NCBI RefSeq assembly: GCF_002105155.1
Contig: NW_019029013.1
Coordinates: 62,001-126,000, forward strand
Source of the DNA: Lobosporangium transversale
Lineage: Eukaryota
DNA length: 64,000 nt
Direction: 5' to 3'
The position numbers and the translations under genes are program-made. Shown one piece after another: positions 25,387-40,103 of this stretch (within the stretch, counting starts at the first letter, position 1; every line of letters starts with the position of its first letter). The notes below the pieces were generated by a model, which did not search any database, was not told the origin of the DNA, and saw only the letters and a program-made list of their open reading frames with translations.

Positions 25387-28300
25387 ATGAACTCATTCAA
25401 GTCCTCTATCAAAAATGCCTTCAAAAAGAAGGAAAAGTCTTTGAAAAACAGCAACATCAGTAATGGTAATGACAATCCATCCAATGCAGAGTCATTAGCA
25501 TCATCTTTTGTTGTTAAATCCAACGGTAGTACCACAACACACTCGATAGGTCATCAATCTGATGCTAGTTCCGTCAGGTCAAACACAATTGTTCGTTATG
25601 AAGGTTCTCCTTCGGCCCCTTTACCTTCCACACCTCACCCAGACAACAGCAACAGCTCCATATCAATCGTAGATCTTGCAGGATATGCACAGCCACAATC
25701 AACGGTCGCTGATCCCAATGGTTACAACACTGTTCCATCTTCAAAGGGAATTCATAGAGTACCCTATCCAGCTCCTTCTAATCCACAGTTAGTAGGGAAT
25801 ACACCCTTGGTCAGGACACAGAATGGACCAATAGGATCTTCAACTCTTGACGCTCGTTCATCAGAGACCGAACCTCGTGGACCGCAGGCAATTCAGGAAC
25901 ATCAACTCCACCCCCGACAGCAGCCAAGTGCACCAGTACCAGGGCCAGATATGAATATTCAGATGGTTGCGACAAGTGGGGGCAATCATTCCATGATGGA
26001 AGGTGCAACAGTTGATGATGATACAGATGATTTGACAACGTTGCATCGATCAGGAACGTTACCACCGTCATATAACAGTCTCAATATTCCACTCCCACCT
26101 TCTGCGCGGAATAATACAATCTATGAAGCCTCAGCACCGTCGCCAGATCTGGCCAATATTTCAACATCACCGAATACTGCTATGATGTCCTTTGATAACA
26201 ATTCTGCTGCTGGTGTTGGTATTTCCACGCCAGCCCATTCTCCAATGTCCTATGTGGCCCCGCCAAATGCTCCCTTATTGCCCAATCAGACTGATTCTAT
26301 TGGGATGTATCATAGTGCTACAATGCCATCTCCAGTACCAACAATTTCATCGGCATCACCTTCGAATCAAAGTTTCCATCGTCTTCAGCACCCATATGCG
26401 ATATCGAGTGCATCAGGCCCATGGAGTACAGCTAGTACAACTTCGCTTCCACAACATCAGCCATATTCACCTGCAACTTCTATCGCTGGCGCACAGAATT
26501 ATGGGCATCGGCCATATGTTATTCCAGGAAGTGAAAATCAAACGTATCCAATTATCATGGCCATTGATTGGGGTACAACATATTCCTCCATGGCATATGC
26601 GTTCCAACAGGATGGTGAAGTGCATGAAGTGTCTGCATGGTAAGTACAAATGAATAAACACACACTTTCTGCCTTAGAGTTATCTTTAATTTAATATGAA
26701 TTGGGTTTGGTTCCTGTGAAAAGGGACATGATAGTCATCACTTTTCCTGTCCTGTTACTGAGTGTAAAAACCATAGGCAAAGGAAAAAAGAGAGGAAAGC
26801 TCATGTGCTGAACTTTATGCAGATCGGACAAGAAAAAAATCGTCGACTTTTATGCTCACATCTCACATCTCACATCTTTCATTTTCGTTGGTTGAAACTC
26901 TGATAAAATAAACCTTCCAAAAAAAAAAAAAAAAAAAAAAATGGAATTTAGGCCTAAGCAAACGCACAACTATCCCAAAGTACCAACATGCAATTTGTAT
27001 GGACCAGGCTCAAAAGAGATTATCGAGTGGGGTTATCCAGCCAAACATGCAATCACAAAACCGCCGTTCAAGAACCACGTGCTGTTATCGAAATACAAGT
27101 TGCATCTCGATGAATCTGCAGGACCGCATCCACCCTTACCAAATGGATTGACAGTTGTAGACGCAATCGCGGATTATCTCCGACTCTTCCATGCACATGT
27201 TATTCAGGTATGAAACCTTAAAAGAAAATAATATTATGGTTTTTGAGTACAAGTCAATCTTAACATGCTTTTTTTCTTCCGTTCTTTCCTCCGCATAGAC
27301 GGTTCTTAAAGGATTTGGATCATCATTTGATCAGCAGCATATTCAGTACTGTCTTTCGGTTCCAGCCATGTGGACCGACAATGCCAAGGCGATGATGCGA
27401 CAAGCGGCCCTTCAGGCAGGGATGATCTCACCTTTAGACCCACCTCATCGACTTCTCTTAATTTCAGAGCCTGAGGCTGCGGCCTTGTACTGTGAAAAGA
27501 AGTGCGACCAATTTTCTATTGGACATGGTCAACGTTTCATGATCTGTGATGCAGGCGGTGGCACTGTGGATTTGATTGTCTTTGAAGTTGCTGTAGGACC
27601 TCAGGGGAGGACATTACGAGAAGTGACCCGTGGTAGCGGACATAGCTGTGGATCCATCTTCCTGGATGAGCGTATGGAAGCTCTGTTGAGACGACGATTC
27701 GCAAAATGGCAAGAGAAAGGATTGACAGCAGGAAATTGGGTTCAGTTGATGGAAACCTTTATTCATAATGTGAAGCCATTGTTCGATGGTATTGAAGATC
27801 AATATATTACAATGCCAGCTGTGCCTGGAAGAGCAGAGCTGACGGATTATGACATTGGATTAGAAGACGGGGTGTTAACAATCAGTGCCGAAGAAATGAG
27901 GCGCGAAGTTTTTGATCCTGTAGTGAATGATGTTCTACGATTGATTCAACACCAGTTACAACAGACACAGTATCAATGTAATGCCATTTTCCTTGTCGGA
28001 GGGTTTGGATGTTCGAGCTATTTACATTCTAGAGTCCAGGCCGAGTTTGGATCTAGAGTGCCGATGATTGGAGTGCCTCCGAGGGCGGAGCTAGCTGTGG
28101 TCCGTGGAGCAGCCTATGCAGGGCTGATGCCTCGGACGATTACTCAACGTGTGGCGCGTCGTTGGTACGGAGTGGATTCATTGATGGCTTTTGAAGAAGG
28201 TGTGGACGCTGCACACAAGAAGGTTCGAGACCGAGAGGGTATGATTCGAGCTCGGGATCGATTCTCGGTCTATGTCTCACCAGGACAACCTATTGGTGTA

Positions 28301-28579
28301 GATGAATGTATCACGAAACGCTACATTACATATCAATACCCAAAACCTGTCAATTCGCCCCTGTTTGCATGTTCATCCATGAATTTGCCTCGGTATGTGG
28401 ATTCACCATTGGTGGAGAAGATCGGGGATTTCTTGATTCCACTACCGTTTGTACCAGGCGCCCAACCGGGTCATAAAATGGTCTTTGAGCTAAGAATGTA
28501 TTTCGGAGCTACAGAGATTAGGGCTGAAGCCGAAGTGAATGGCATGGTAGTTAGTACGCGGTGTCAATTTTCAGGATAA
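25387..28579 (+). CDS. Atypical Hsp70-family (HSPA12-like) actin-fold ATPase with an N-terminal disordered extension of about 385 aa; about 929 aa, 3 exons (25387-26639, 26952-27207, 27299-28579)
   Basis: Motifs AIDWGTTYS, YPKVPT, IADYL, LSVPAMW, ISEPEAAALYC, ICDAGGGTVDL, CGSIFLD, FLVGGFG and AVVRGA. C-terminal MYFGATEI is typical of HSPA12-like proteins. Confidence 0.9.
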
Positions 28580-29360
28580 AAAAAAAAAAGGGAGGAAGGG
28601 TTAAAAAGAAGGAAAGAAGGAAAAAAAATGCACAACTTGTTTATCCGTCCTGGGATGGCTACTAGAAACGACACACCGATATACCCATTATATATAATCA
28701 TCTCTTAACATTCCCTCCTCTTCCTCAGCTACATATTGTAAAGTAGAGGTTAATAATAAAAAAAGATACGATGGTACGATAGAATGATATTAAAGCTCTA
28801 ATTACAAGTGGTGTAGAACAAGATGTTTAAACACTCACCCATGGAAGTATAAATGATGATCTTTTTTTTTTCTCTGCTTCCTTTTTTTGGGGGGGAGTTT
28901 CATTGGCACAAAAATAGTTCTGTTTCAAATTTGCCCACTTAAAGGATTTGCGAACTATGATTAATTTAAAAAAAGGAGAAAAATGGTCAGTGCGGATTTG
29001 ACTTTCTGTTTGACCTGTGAATCTCTTATTCAGCCCCGAATCCTCGGTGAAAGGGGGGGCTGGATAAATAAACAACAGCAACAAAAAAAAAAAAAAAAAA
29101 AACATTGTGTAGATGTACATGAACAAGTTCTATAACTTACATTCTGATCTATCTTCGTGTCGATAGAGTCTCCATGTTGGGTTAAGGGAAGAAAGAAATT
29201 TAGTGCACGAAAAAAAATAAAATATTAAAAAAGGACAAATGAAGGGAATGTCTGTGCGTGCATGAATGGGGGTTGCACTTTTGCAACCACATTATTTACA
29301 TGCTGTCGTCATGTATGGTATAGATGTGTGTGTATATGGAGGCAGGAAATTCTCGCTTCG

Positions 29361-29393
<33 letters not shown>

Positions 29394-31219
29394 CCCCAAT
29401 GGGATGATTTTTGTGTAAATACCATACCATTCTTGCTACTTGCAATGTTTACTCGCTTTCTACTGAACGATTTCTTATAATTGAACGTATTTGATCATCT
29501 TACATGTAGTCAGTTACAGGAAAAAAAAAGAAAAAGAAAAAGAAAAAAGAAATGCTGGTAGTTATTTCTACTTTGAGGTATTCAGAACAAGTTGATATAC
29601 AATAGACCCAGTAAGCTTAAAGCATCAATCGAAATATCATTTCTACCATTTAATAGGGAAAAAAAAAAAAAAAAAGCGTAAAGCGTAAAGAGTAAAGAGT
29701 AAAGGTAAAGACTATTCAACTGCTTTTTTACACACAAGCAATGATATTGACACATACTGGAATGTCTATTAAATACACAGATTGTTTGGACTTAATATGC
29801 ATCGCGTATAATTAGGCATGTTCCTACATTTGGTAGGGTTTGATGAAAATGCAAACAAACAGCCATGGGCTGCAAGCCACATGTCTCTTACTCATGCTGA
29901 CCTTCACAACTTATGAATAAAAATAATGTCTCCTACAAATGATACATTAATAGTATATATCTTTATATCCTGCTACGTGGTGGGTAATATCAACACTTTG
30001 CTTTATAGATCTTATTCAGAGTATTGTTATTCCCATAATATCATAAATTCCAATATACATTGATAAAGTTTTCTTGTAAGCACTCCGGAATATAATACTA
30101 ATGATAATAAAAAGGTGCTATCGAACAACTTGTTTGCTAATTAGAAAGATGGCTTTGAGTGCTTAAAAGAGTGAAGATTTCCACCTTTCTATTGTATCTG
30201 ATCTGACGACCCGAAAGCTTATTGTAGATTACTCCTTTTTCTTGTTCTTCCTGTCCTCGTGGCAAAAGCGTGCTGTGCGAATGTTTATTTTATTTCCTCC
30301 GCTCTTTGCTCTCAAGTTCAAAATCTTTTCATGTACGTCCGTTTGTGTTTAGTATAGGTGTGGGCCTTTGGGCAAGGATGTTGTTCCTTTTCCTTTCTTT
30401 CCTTAAGTTGATCTTCATCCGTATTTCAGCGATCTCCTATACTTTTCATATCATCGCTAAAATAACAATACTAATAATGAGAGTAGTAAAAAAATAAAAA
30501 AATAAAAAAAAAAAAGAAAAGAAAAAGAAAAATGTTACGCTTGCAAATATTCAGATATCGGCAATGACTTAATCAAATCGTTGAAGATCAACCTCGTTTC
30601 CTTTTCTTTACAAGAAAAGAGATTTTCAATGGTATGTACTCGATATCGGTACAGGGATTACCAGCATTACTGCCGCTCCCTTCCCTCGCCTTGCATTCCA
30701 ACAGCCTTCTTCCAATTTACGAATCTCTAGATTTGCAAGAAAGGATTCAATGCCATTATGGATCAAGGAAAGCTGATATTAAAAGGAGGTTGCTATGATC
30801 TTTGAATGACAGCTTGGCGTAATATATGGTCATCAGTTAAACTTGACAAGGAGAAAAAAATAAATAGGCAAGGTTCATCAGGACAGTAGAGGGTTGTATT
30901 GGGTTGAGGGAGCGCGCGAGAGCGACATTAAATGATCTCGAGCCGTTTTTAACATCAGAAGAGATGTTTCGAATGGTACTTTCCCGCAAATTCCGAAGAG
31001 CAGTAACAAAACGGTAAAGAGGATGAGTCCAGCCATTATGCATGAGAATGGGACAAAGGATGGATTGGGCACGAGTATCCCTTTGCGGGATGCTATACGT
31101 ATCAACAAACTCAAAACCGTATCTATAATGCATGGACTCGTATCGCCTAATGTTTGCCCCCTAGCCCTGCTGACATTTATACTGAGATAAACAAGCAAGG
31201 ACATCTCAAGGTCAGTGTG

Positions 31220-31256
<37 letters not shown>

Positions 31257-34200
31257 CAAACACAAGGAATGATCAGCTGGAGAGCCATCGTTGCATTTTA
31301 TATGTTTTGGCGGTGTTTTAAGCCTTACTCGTGCTCAGTTGGCGGCCTTCCTTCAAGTTACTTTCACCGCAATGCGTTTATGAAGCACTAAAGAGCGACT
31401 TAAGCCTCATTGAGACCATATCTTTTACCACAGAATGGTGGATTATGCAAACATCGGTATTGAGCAGCTTGAGTGACTCTTAAGTGGAGGTCAGATTATT
31501 TCATATCAGTTTCCTTTGTATGCCCATGTGTTATCATCCTTCCATACAAAGAAACAAAAAAAAAAAAAGAAAAAAAAATAACGATTGTAGCGAGTATAGA
31601 AATCTTTCACATTCATGCTTTATAATGCATGTATGTTTATTACGTTCAAAAGCATAAATATGTTGCCAATCACCAATGTCTTTTGTGTTCAACAAATTAT
31701 AGGTTAGTCCAAAAGGAGCGCATAGAACAGACAGAGGAGGCTTTTTGAAAGAACCAATAGTTTTCCTGGGATAAATGGATTACAGATCTTAGGACTAGGA
31801 AAGACTAAAAGGTTCTCTTTGTTTTTCTAGGGCTATTAAAATTCGCTCCGCAGAAAGCTTCTATCAAATCTGGGGTAAGAGCCTAGATCTAGCAAGTATG
31901 GGACGATCAAACCCACGTAAAACTATCGTTATAGTTCCTGCTTAATATTATTAGTCACGGATAGTACCGAATCCACGACACAGTTAGCTCCCACTGTCAT
32001 CAAAGTCAATAGCTTACGAGATATCTCAAGAAATATCATTTTTTTGCAGTGCAGTGCTAAGCAGTAGCTCATCGGGGGATTTTTTATGTATTTTATCTAT
32101 CATCAGGATACTACAAGAATCTTGTATAGTGATAGTTAGTTTTGTGGAAAGACCATCTATTTTTTTTTTTTTTTTTGCACAGACAATCAATATTACAGAC
32201 TTTTTTTTAAGTGCTAGAATGAGTAAAATGCATTTTGCATGACCTTTGAATCATTTTACAAGCTCTGGATAAAGACCCATAGCTATGTGTCTTCATAGTA
32301 GCCTATCAAGCGAAAGGTTTATTCTAGTATCCATCTCTTTTGTTTATACGTTTTTCTTGGATGCGTATGTTCCTGTAAGGTTTGTATCCAGAGCTTCAGT
32401 GTTTTCGCGAGATTGAAACCAAAATCCATCCCTTATTATGTACAGGCCTCATGAGTTACAAAAAACTTGACTATTGGCCTAAAGAGCACCGTCGATAGTA
32501 CTGCAGCAAGCACCAGTCATCTACTGCACTTTCCCCCCTATCATTGCTATTACCGCCTATATTCCATACTCATGTTTCGTTCTGTTTTATCCCTTGTTTG
32601 CTTCCCTTCTTAATATAATTCCTCAACCGCCCTATTCAGCGCGAAAAAATGTCGATGATGGCTGGAGATGTTTTTTATTGGCCATGCTAAACAAGCTAGG
32701 CTGTTTGTGCGAAATCTTAACGAGGGATTGGGGCAAGGAAGTCAGGCTACAAAAAAAGAGAAAGCCAGCATGTTAGTAGCGAAGCCCCTCGACATATCCT
32801 TTATTATGGCGTATCATCCCCCTGCACTCAAACTTTACTTTGCCCTTTTGTTTGGGTAATTGAGGAGACATGTTCCCTTGCCCTGCATGCCCCTTTCTCG
32901 CCAATCTTGCTTTTCTTGATGTCGGACGAATGTCCCGCAGAATCTAACTTGTGTGTCCAATCTTTGGACGTCCTGTCGTGTTGATATCCACAAATCGAGG
33001 TCGCCCGCATTATGTGATGCATTGTGAGGAGCAAAAAAATAAAAAAATATAATAAAACAATGAGCAAGAGAGTGGGAGCAATCAAGAAGAAAGAAGAGAG
33101 GATACAAGAAACTTTGGAGAAAAATCGGCTACTGCATTTCGTCTTTTTCTTTTTTGAGCATCTGTTGTTCTATTTCCATGTAATTGCATTTATATAATGC
33201 AAAGGATTGCTGTGCCAAGAATGAATGATGAATATAGAGCACTATTTTTTATAATCAACTCAACTTGGTCTTATCCTCTTTTTATTTTTTATTTTTTATT
33301 TTTTATTTTTTATTTTTTTACCTTCATTCTCTTTCTGTGCCTCATAATTATTCTGCTTCCTCCCCTGCACCCAATCCATTTTGTCAACTTACTCTACTAC
33401 ACTTTTTTTCTTGTATATCTGCTCGCTCTCAATTTCCTCTCGGCTCCACTTTTACACTACACGTTATTGTGTGCATGTAGGTGCATCTCTCAATACACAT
33501 GCTCTCATCATACTTTGAAGGCCAACAATTGACTCGAGACCCTTGCCCATAATTGTTGCCAAATAAGTCCTCTCCCCAAATCTTCTAAATCTTGCCTCAT
33601 AAACTCTTCGTCATCCGAATCTTTGTATTACCTCTCTCCTCCTTTTCGTCTTTTTTCGCGCGCACCCCCTTACTCTCTTCCATTATTTTACCTCTTACAT
33701 CCGAACGCACAACTCAAGAAAAAATAGTTTACTCAGCTCTTCCAACTAACATCCCGGATTCGGACTCGGACTCTAAACAAACACTAGACTTCCATGTACG
33801 CCATCATATAACAGAACCCACTAGCCGACTTGATCATACGGGAGGAGGACGTTTCTCTTTGAAATGCACATGACACTCCCCACTTTTAATACACATCATT
33901 GTTTTTACCCAATTGCCACAATTTGTCCCACCATGTAACATCCGTACATCTCATGCGCCTACATTTTTAAAATTTCCCGCGCCCCAAAAAGATGGAAACG
34001 CAATGCCGTTTTGGTGTATAAATGTGTGTGCGTTTATTTTCTTTCTTTTTTTTTTTATGAAATCAATGCCGCTTATGTGTTTGTGTTTGTAATCTGGCTT
34101 ACAAAACGAATGTTGTGTCTCTTTCGCCTTTGCTTGAACCCTTATCCTTTATTTTCTCATCCTTTTACTTATGCTTCATTCGTTGCCCTCCTAAATATTC

Positions 34201-36224
34201 TCTAGGTTTTTTTTTTTTTTTTTAAAAAAAATATTTATTTCACCTGCTATTTTGTCAATAACCATCTTTCGTCGCTATTCCTCGTTTGTTTCTTGAGAAT
34301 TCTTCCTCATTTCTTCACGTAAGAAGTGGTATATTATTGTGGGCCATTTTCTGTCTCTATTTTCAAACGTTTTGGTTTCTTGTGTCAATACTCACATCTG
34401 ATCACACTAAGTCCACGCGATCTGGAATCTTTATTCCAGTGGTTTATAGTCAATGCTCTAAGTCAATTTAAGCGGTGCTAATATCTAATATTTGCAATTT
34501 GAGGAAGCGTGAGTGTTCTACCTCGTTTGGTGGCTGGTGGATCGGTTGAAGTGACTTCAGTACCGCAGCTCATAATCCTTTATACTCTTGAATTTGTATG
34601 TGTGTGTACTTGGTCGAATTGAGTTGTTGAGCATTAAAGCGCGTTTTGAATTTATGGATAGCAAGCTCTGTGCTCTATCCTTTCCTTTTTCAAGCAGCTC
34701 TTTTTTTTTTTTTTTTTTTTTTTTTGAACTAGACGGGGAGATGGAGGTAATTCATAGTTAGGTCGTTGCACAGATCTCCATTCCGTGTGCCCTGTTCCTG
34801 AATGTTCTATGAATCCTCATTAAAAGGCACACTAGCAGATGTATTTTTTGTTTATTTTTTTTTCAATCCATTGAAGACTCACCCTTTTGACCGTTGGCAT
34901 CAATGCAGACAGGGGGGCTCCGTGGTTTCCCAAACCACTAGAACATCCTTGATGGTTCTCCCCTCATCCCTATATATTACATTGCTCTTTTCTACTATAT
35001 CCCCTATCACCTGGAGCACATTGTTTAACATACAATCAGCAGCTTATTGCTTCGTTTTCAATGCTCTCCACACAACATATAATTGCTTTTTCATTCTTCA
35101 ATCCAAAACGCATCATGATATGTCCCTAAACAAAAAAAAAAAGAGATCTTAAATTCGCAGCAGGAGGATGGGCAGTAGCTTAAATTTTACCTTTGTGTGC
35201 ATAGTTGAACATGGCCGCAAGGGTTACTCAATTTTAAAGTAGATCTGTTTGTTTTATTTTGGTGTTACTCTACAAGAGAATTATGCACTGAATCTACCAT
35301 ATGATGATTCTAAAGACATGTTTCTGGAGTGGATGTCAATCCAGATCCCCTGAAAGGGAAAGTGGAGAGTCGGGTGGAAGCAGCAAGGACAAAAAAAAAA
35401 AAAAAAAAGAACAAATAGATGGAGAGGCAGCATCAACAATTTTAACGGTATTGATAATATATGCCAGCTGGGAGAAGGGGGTATGTTGGAAAAAGGGGCA
35501 TGATGCTGATCAAACAGAATGAAGGATGGATGGGTGATGATGACATGAGCCATGGGCCAAGGGATCATAAGATCATTAATCATTGGTGCACAAAGATGCC
35601 TGTGTTTGATTCTTTTATTTTATTTCCTTCTGCTGTGTGCCCCTGGGACTTTTTCTTGCAATCGTGAAAAACAAACTTGACATGGGTATGGCCTATTATT
35701 TAAACTGAGTTTGATCGTTCTTTGGGCAATATGACTCAGCGTGGCAAAACCTTCTCATATGCGCGCCTTGATGAAAATCGTGTATTGTAGTAATACGCTT
35801 GTATGGGCCTATAAGATCAGATGGACGCATGGACCATGGCTCTGTCCCTCCCTTCTTGCTGCTTCGTTTTTATTTCTTTGCCTCTATTCATGTACTTGTT
35901 CGTTCTTTACTCTCATCTCAGAATATTATACCACTCCCTTGTCTTTCCTTTTCTTTTCTTCTTTCTTTTAATTTTAATTTCACTTCCTCTAACCCCTATT
36001 AGTGCCCCCTGTTCATGCACTCTTATTAGACTCTCATATAACATCCAGGCCTAACTCCAACGATAGGAATAGCAGCGCTTCAGGGACAATCTGACAGTCT
36101 TAGCTTTACTTCGTGCTTCGTCATCACTGGTTTACTTCCATAGAGCGAGAGTGTACCTTCGACCAGCTTTCTTTTACGTCCTTTTAGTCCTTCCAACATA
36201 TCGCTCCACAATCCTCACGCAGAA

Positions 36225-39200
36225 ATGCATGACTTCGGATCTGATTCAGGGCCAGGGCCAGGGCCAGCCCCCCCACCATCACTAACCTTACCCTCCCTCC
36301 GAGAGCTTGACAAGGCAATACGATCGGAGCAACAGATGATGCCAACAGGTCTAGGGACACAGGTACTAGATCCACGCCCTCCTCATCTTCCATTGCGACT
36401 AGGACAGTCCCAGCTTCTGTCGCTTCAACATCAGCCCCACCCTCAGCACAATTATACGCAGTATCCCTCACATCTGCCGCCATCGCCTCATGGGCCAGGC
36501 CCTCAACGTTTTTATGCACGCACCCATCACAGTCGTCACTCATCCTCTGCTGGATCTCTTCCAGGTTCGTAATATGGTATCGCTACTTTAGCAGCAAACC
36601 ATTAATGCTTTTTTTTTGTTTTGTTTTGCTAGCAAGGGATTTCTGTTAAGCCAAGCGCTAGGGACCGAACGCACTTCCATTTTTTAAATTGTGAACGAGG
36701 GGCGAAAGAAGGATAAGACCTCCAACTAAATTATGCTATGCGTCTTTGTTTGTTTTCTCAAAATAATTATGAGCAGATTTGTACATGAGCTCGACCTCTG
36801 CCCCTTCTACCACAACAACCTCCAGTCTCTCGAGAGCTGATTCGCTCTCAAGCACGGAGTCCCTTCAAGGTGCACGCCATCCTCACCACAGTGGTCTCTC
36901 ACATCGCCACTACTCCAGTGCTAATGACAACAGAAGCACTACAGCAGGGCCGACAACCAGTAATAGCTTGGGCTACACTCCTGGCAGCGGGAACAGTACT
37001 ACCAGTAGCAGGCATAGCTTTCACCATCAACAACACCATTATCATTCTGCGGGACTTGCACGAGCTAACCTGACCGCCGCTGCCCATCAACAGCAGCTTC
37101 ATCGCCAGCCGGCTGACTCTGCGACTCCTTCAACCGACCATGGAGTGGCTGCAGCTACAGCCTCCTCGTCCGAAACAACAGAGCCTAGAAGCGCTCCAAG
37201 CAGTAGCGGTAAGGCAGGATCAACCGGCAGCTCTACTGCCACAGAGCAGCAGGGACGAAACACGAGTAAGCGTGCAGCTCAGAACAGAGCAGCTCAACGC
37301 GCGTTCAGACAACGTAAAGATCTCTATGTTCGTGAGCTAGAACGCAAGGCCGAGCTGCTGCAGCAAACTGAAGGCAAAATCCTGCAACTAGCTGCAAGGA
37401 ATCGCGAGCTAGAAGCGGCGCTAGCCATCTCTTCCAATGATGGGCCGTCGTCGTCCCCCAGCTCACAAGAACAATCGCAGACGTCGCCAAACCTATCAAA
37501 TAGCTCCATGGGGTTGGGTGGGTTGCCCACAAAATGTGCATCCCCAGCTGCAACGACGGAGCACGGGCAGGAAAAAGAGCCCACCAACCATGGTCGGGAA
37601 AGGACTCAAGCCGAAAAGCCTCAATTAAGTGCAGAAGATATGAGGCAAGAGGATCGTCTTCCCATACGGCCAGTCATCTCTCGCCATGCTTCTTCAAATC
37701 AGCTACACGACGTCTACACCAACCCCTCGCATTTACTAGCGGGCTCGTCTCGAAAGCAATCGCCTTCAATCAGACATCGACAGTCTCTATATCAGCTACC
37801 ACACCAACGCTCTGAGTTCGAAAATATGTCCGAAGGCCACGGTAGCAACGATGCTAATCAACGTACAATTCGTCGTCAACTATCAGAAAGTTCCTTTATA
37901 CTGGGACGACGAGAGTCCAACTCTGCAGAGTCTAGTGAAGGATGCAATAGCCCAGAAGGCCGTAGAGAGCCCCGCGATGCGCGAGACGAGCCCATGGAGC
38001 TAAACAGTGAGCCATACCACAGCAGTAATACTGCACAGCCCGAATACAGTGGAGGATCCTCAATTCGCCCATATGTTCAACAGTCCTTTTCGGGAGCTTC
38101 GCAGCAAGAAGTCGCATTACATGGACGCTCAACTCTGTCTCGGAATGCAACAGCGGCAGCTCAGCAACAGGGAATTAGGTACTCTAATCCGCCGCTCGCG
38201 AGGTCATGGTCATATCGGATAGAGGAGAGCGCTGCAAATCCCCGCTCTCCTGTAGCCACATCGGCATCGCAGTCGAGCTCTGGCGTGGTAACAGGAGGAA
38301 TGGCTTCTTCAAATTCGCTTCCTGAGAGAGCTTATGGTGATCAACAGCATCGCTACTATCACCACCAAGACTACTGGGGCAGTGAAAATGACATGGAGTA
38401 CATTTCAGACGAGCAATATGACCCTTATCATGGTTATAACCATCAAAATGTGATCAAAAAGCAACCAAGCAACGGATCTATTGGCGCGACCACCAGCGGC
38501 GGCGACAACAATCCCGGCCGTCCTTCAGAACCTATGCAGATTGATATATCAAAGCAGCCAAATAAAGGTGGTGGTGCTCACATCAATGAGCCCTCAGTTT
38601 CACCTCACAATGGCAGTCCAGAACACATGAAGATTGAGATTCGAAAACAGGCAAGTTGGGACTCGTTTTCGACACCTAATTCTATAAATTTGACTCCAAT
38701 ATCCGTGGTACTGGCAGTACCTCGAGATACAAGTGGTGGCATGGACATACAAGAGCCACTTCACCGACCTCACCAGCAGCAGCAATCACGGCATTTACAA
38801 CATCGAGCCAGCACTGGAAGTGTCTCTGTCCGAGATATAAGTCAACACTACTCTAGTAGTAATGGAGCAACTATGCACCCATCTCGTATATTGATGGTAG
38901 ATGACCCTGTAACGGAACCATCGGATGGCGGGGATAAAAACGGGGTGCCGACGACGCCACCACATATGACACGACACCAACAACAGTATTTCTATTCCTT
39001 GGAGCAGCAGCGCCAAGGACTTCAGCAGCAGCGACGGTCTCATCCGCAGAGCCCTGCACGAGAACACCCTAGTGTTTATACAGACTCACCAAATATGCCA
39101 TTTTATACACATCAACAACAATATCAGCTACAATCACAAAAGCATCAGCAAGGCCATGCACATGGCCACATGAATGGTTATAACCCTTTAAAGCGGCAAA

Positions 39201-39304
39201 TAGGCGGGAAATTTGAGGGGCGCGAAGGTGCTGGTTCAGACATGGAAGCGATTTATCAGCATTCGAGACAGAGTAGCAATGAGACATCTATGAGGTCTTC
39301 ATGA
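36225..39304 (+). CDS. bZIP transcription factor (Yap/AP-1-type basic region), about 955 aa, 2 exons (36225-36564, 36777-39304)
   Basis: SKRAAQNRAAQRAFRQRKDLYVRELERKAELL...LAARNRELEAAL at about 37260-37425. The rest is low-complexity Q/S/H-rich. Intron GTTCGT..CAG is in phase. Confidence 0.85.
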
Positions 39305-40103
39305 ATCGGGGAAGCTCGCCCTTGAGTACCCAAAGGCGTTGAAAAGCAAGCCATCTTTCACTTTCCAGGCCAGGATTTGCCCGTTAATGATGGATGAGGG
39401 TTCGGTTAGAATAAGAAATGGTGATTCGTATGACCATTTCCCACCTGGGGTTATTTTTTTTTATTATTTTTTTATTATTTTTTTATTTTTTATTTTTAAT
39501 GACGAGTTTATGATTATGATAGAGGAGAATGACAACCACCTATTTCCGTTATCTTTTTTTGCTTTATTCATGTTTTACGATTATGATTTGTTCGTATTTG
39601 CTCTTCGTTCCTAAACTACTGTTTTCTATTTTCTCATTTCTCGAGTCTCTTTTTTTTTGTTTTTGTCTGTATAATAAAAAATCTCACGACCCATGAGACC
39701 AACCCGGTTTTAAATACAGTCCCACTTTTCTCGATTGGGATAGCAGCGATCCAGCAATCTTTAATGCATTCCTTTTTATCAGTAAGGGGAACCCATCTGA
39801 AACGGCTTTCCTGCTTCTCTATCGTTATTCTGGTTCTGAAGATTTAAATCCAACAAACAGATAAGGACATTAGTTGAGCATGGACCGAAGCTGAACGTTC
39901 GTTGATAATGAACTAATGTCCTTATCCATTTGTTGAGTTTAATTATTTGAAGCTAGGTTGGCTATGATGGTCGGGAATAAGTGTAATATTAATAATAATA
40001 ATGATAAAGAGAAAACTGCATTTGTTATTTTCGACTTCCTTTGTTCCAAGCTCGTCAGGAAGAATAAAAAACCGACAAGCACTGTGTGGCGCCTTGAACC
40101 TTG

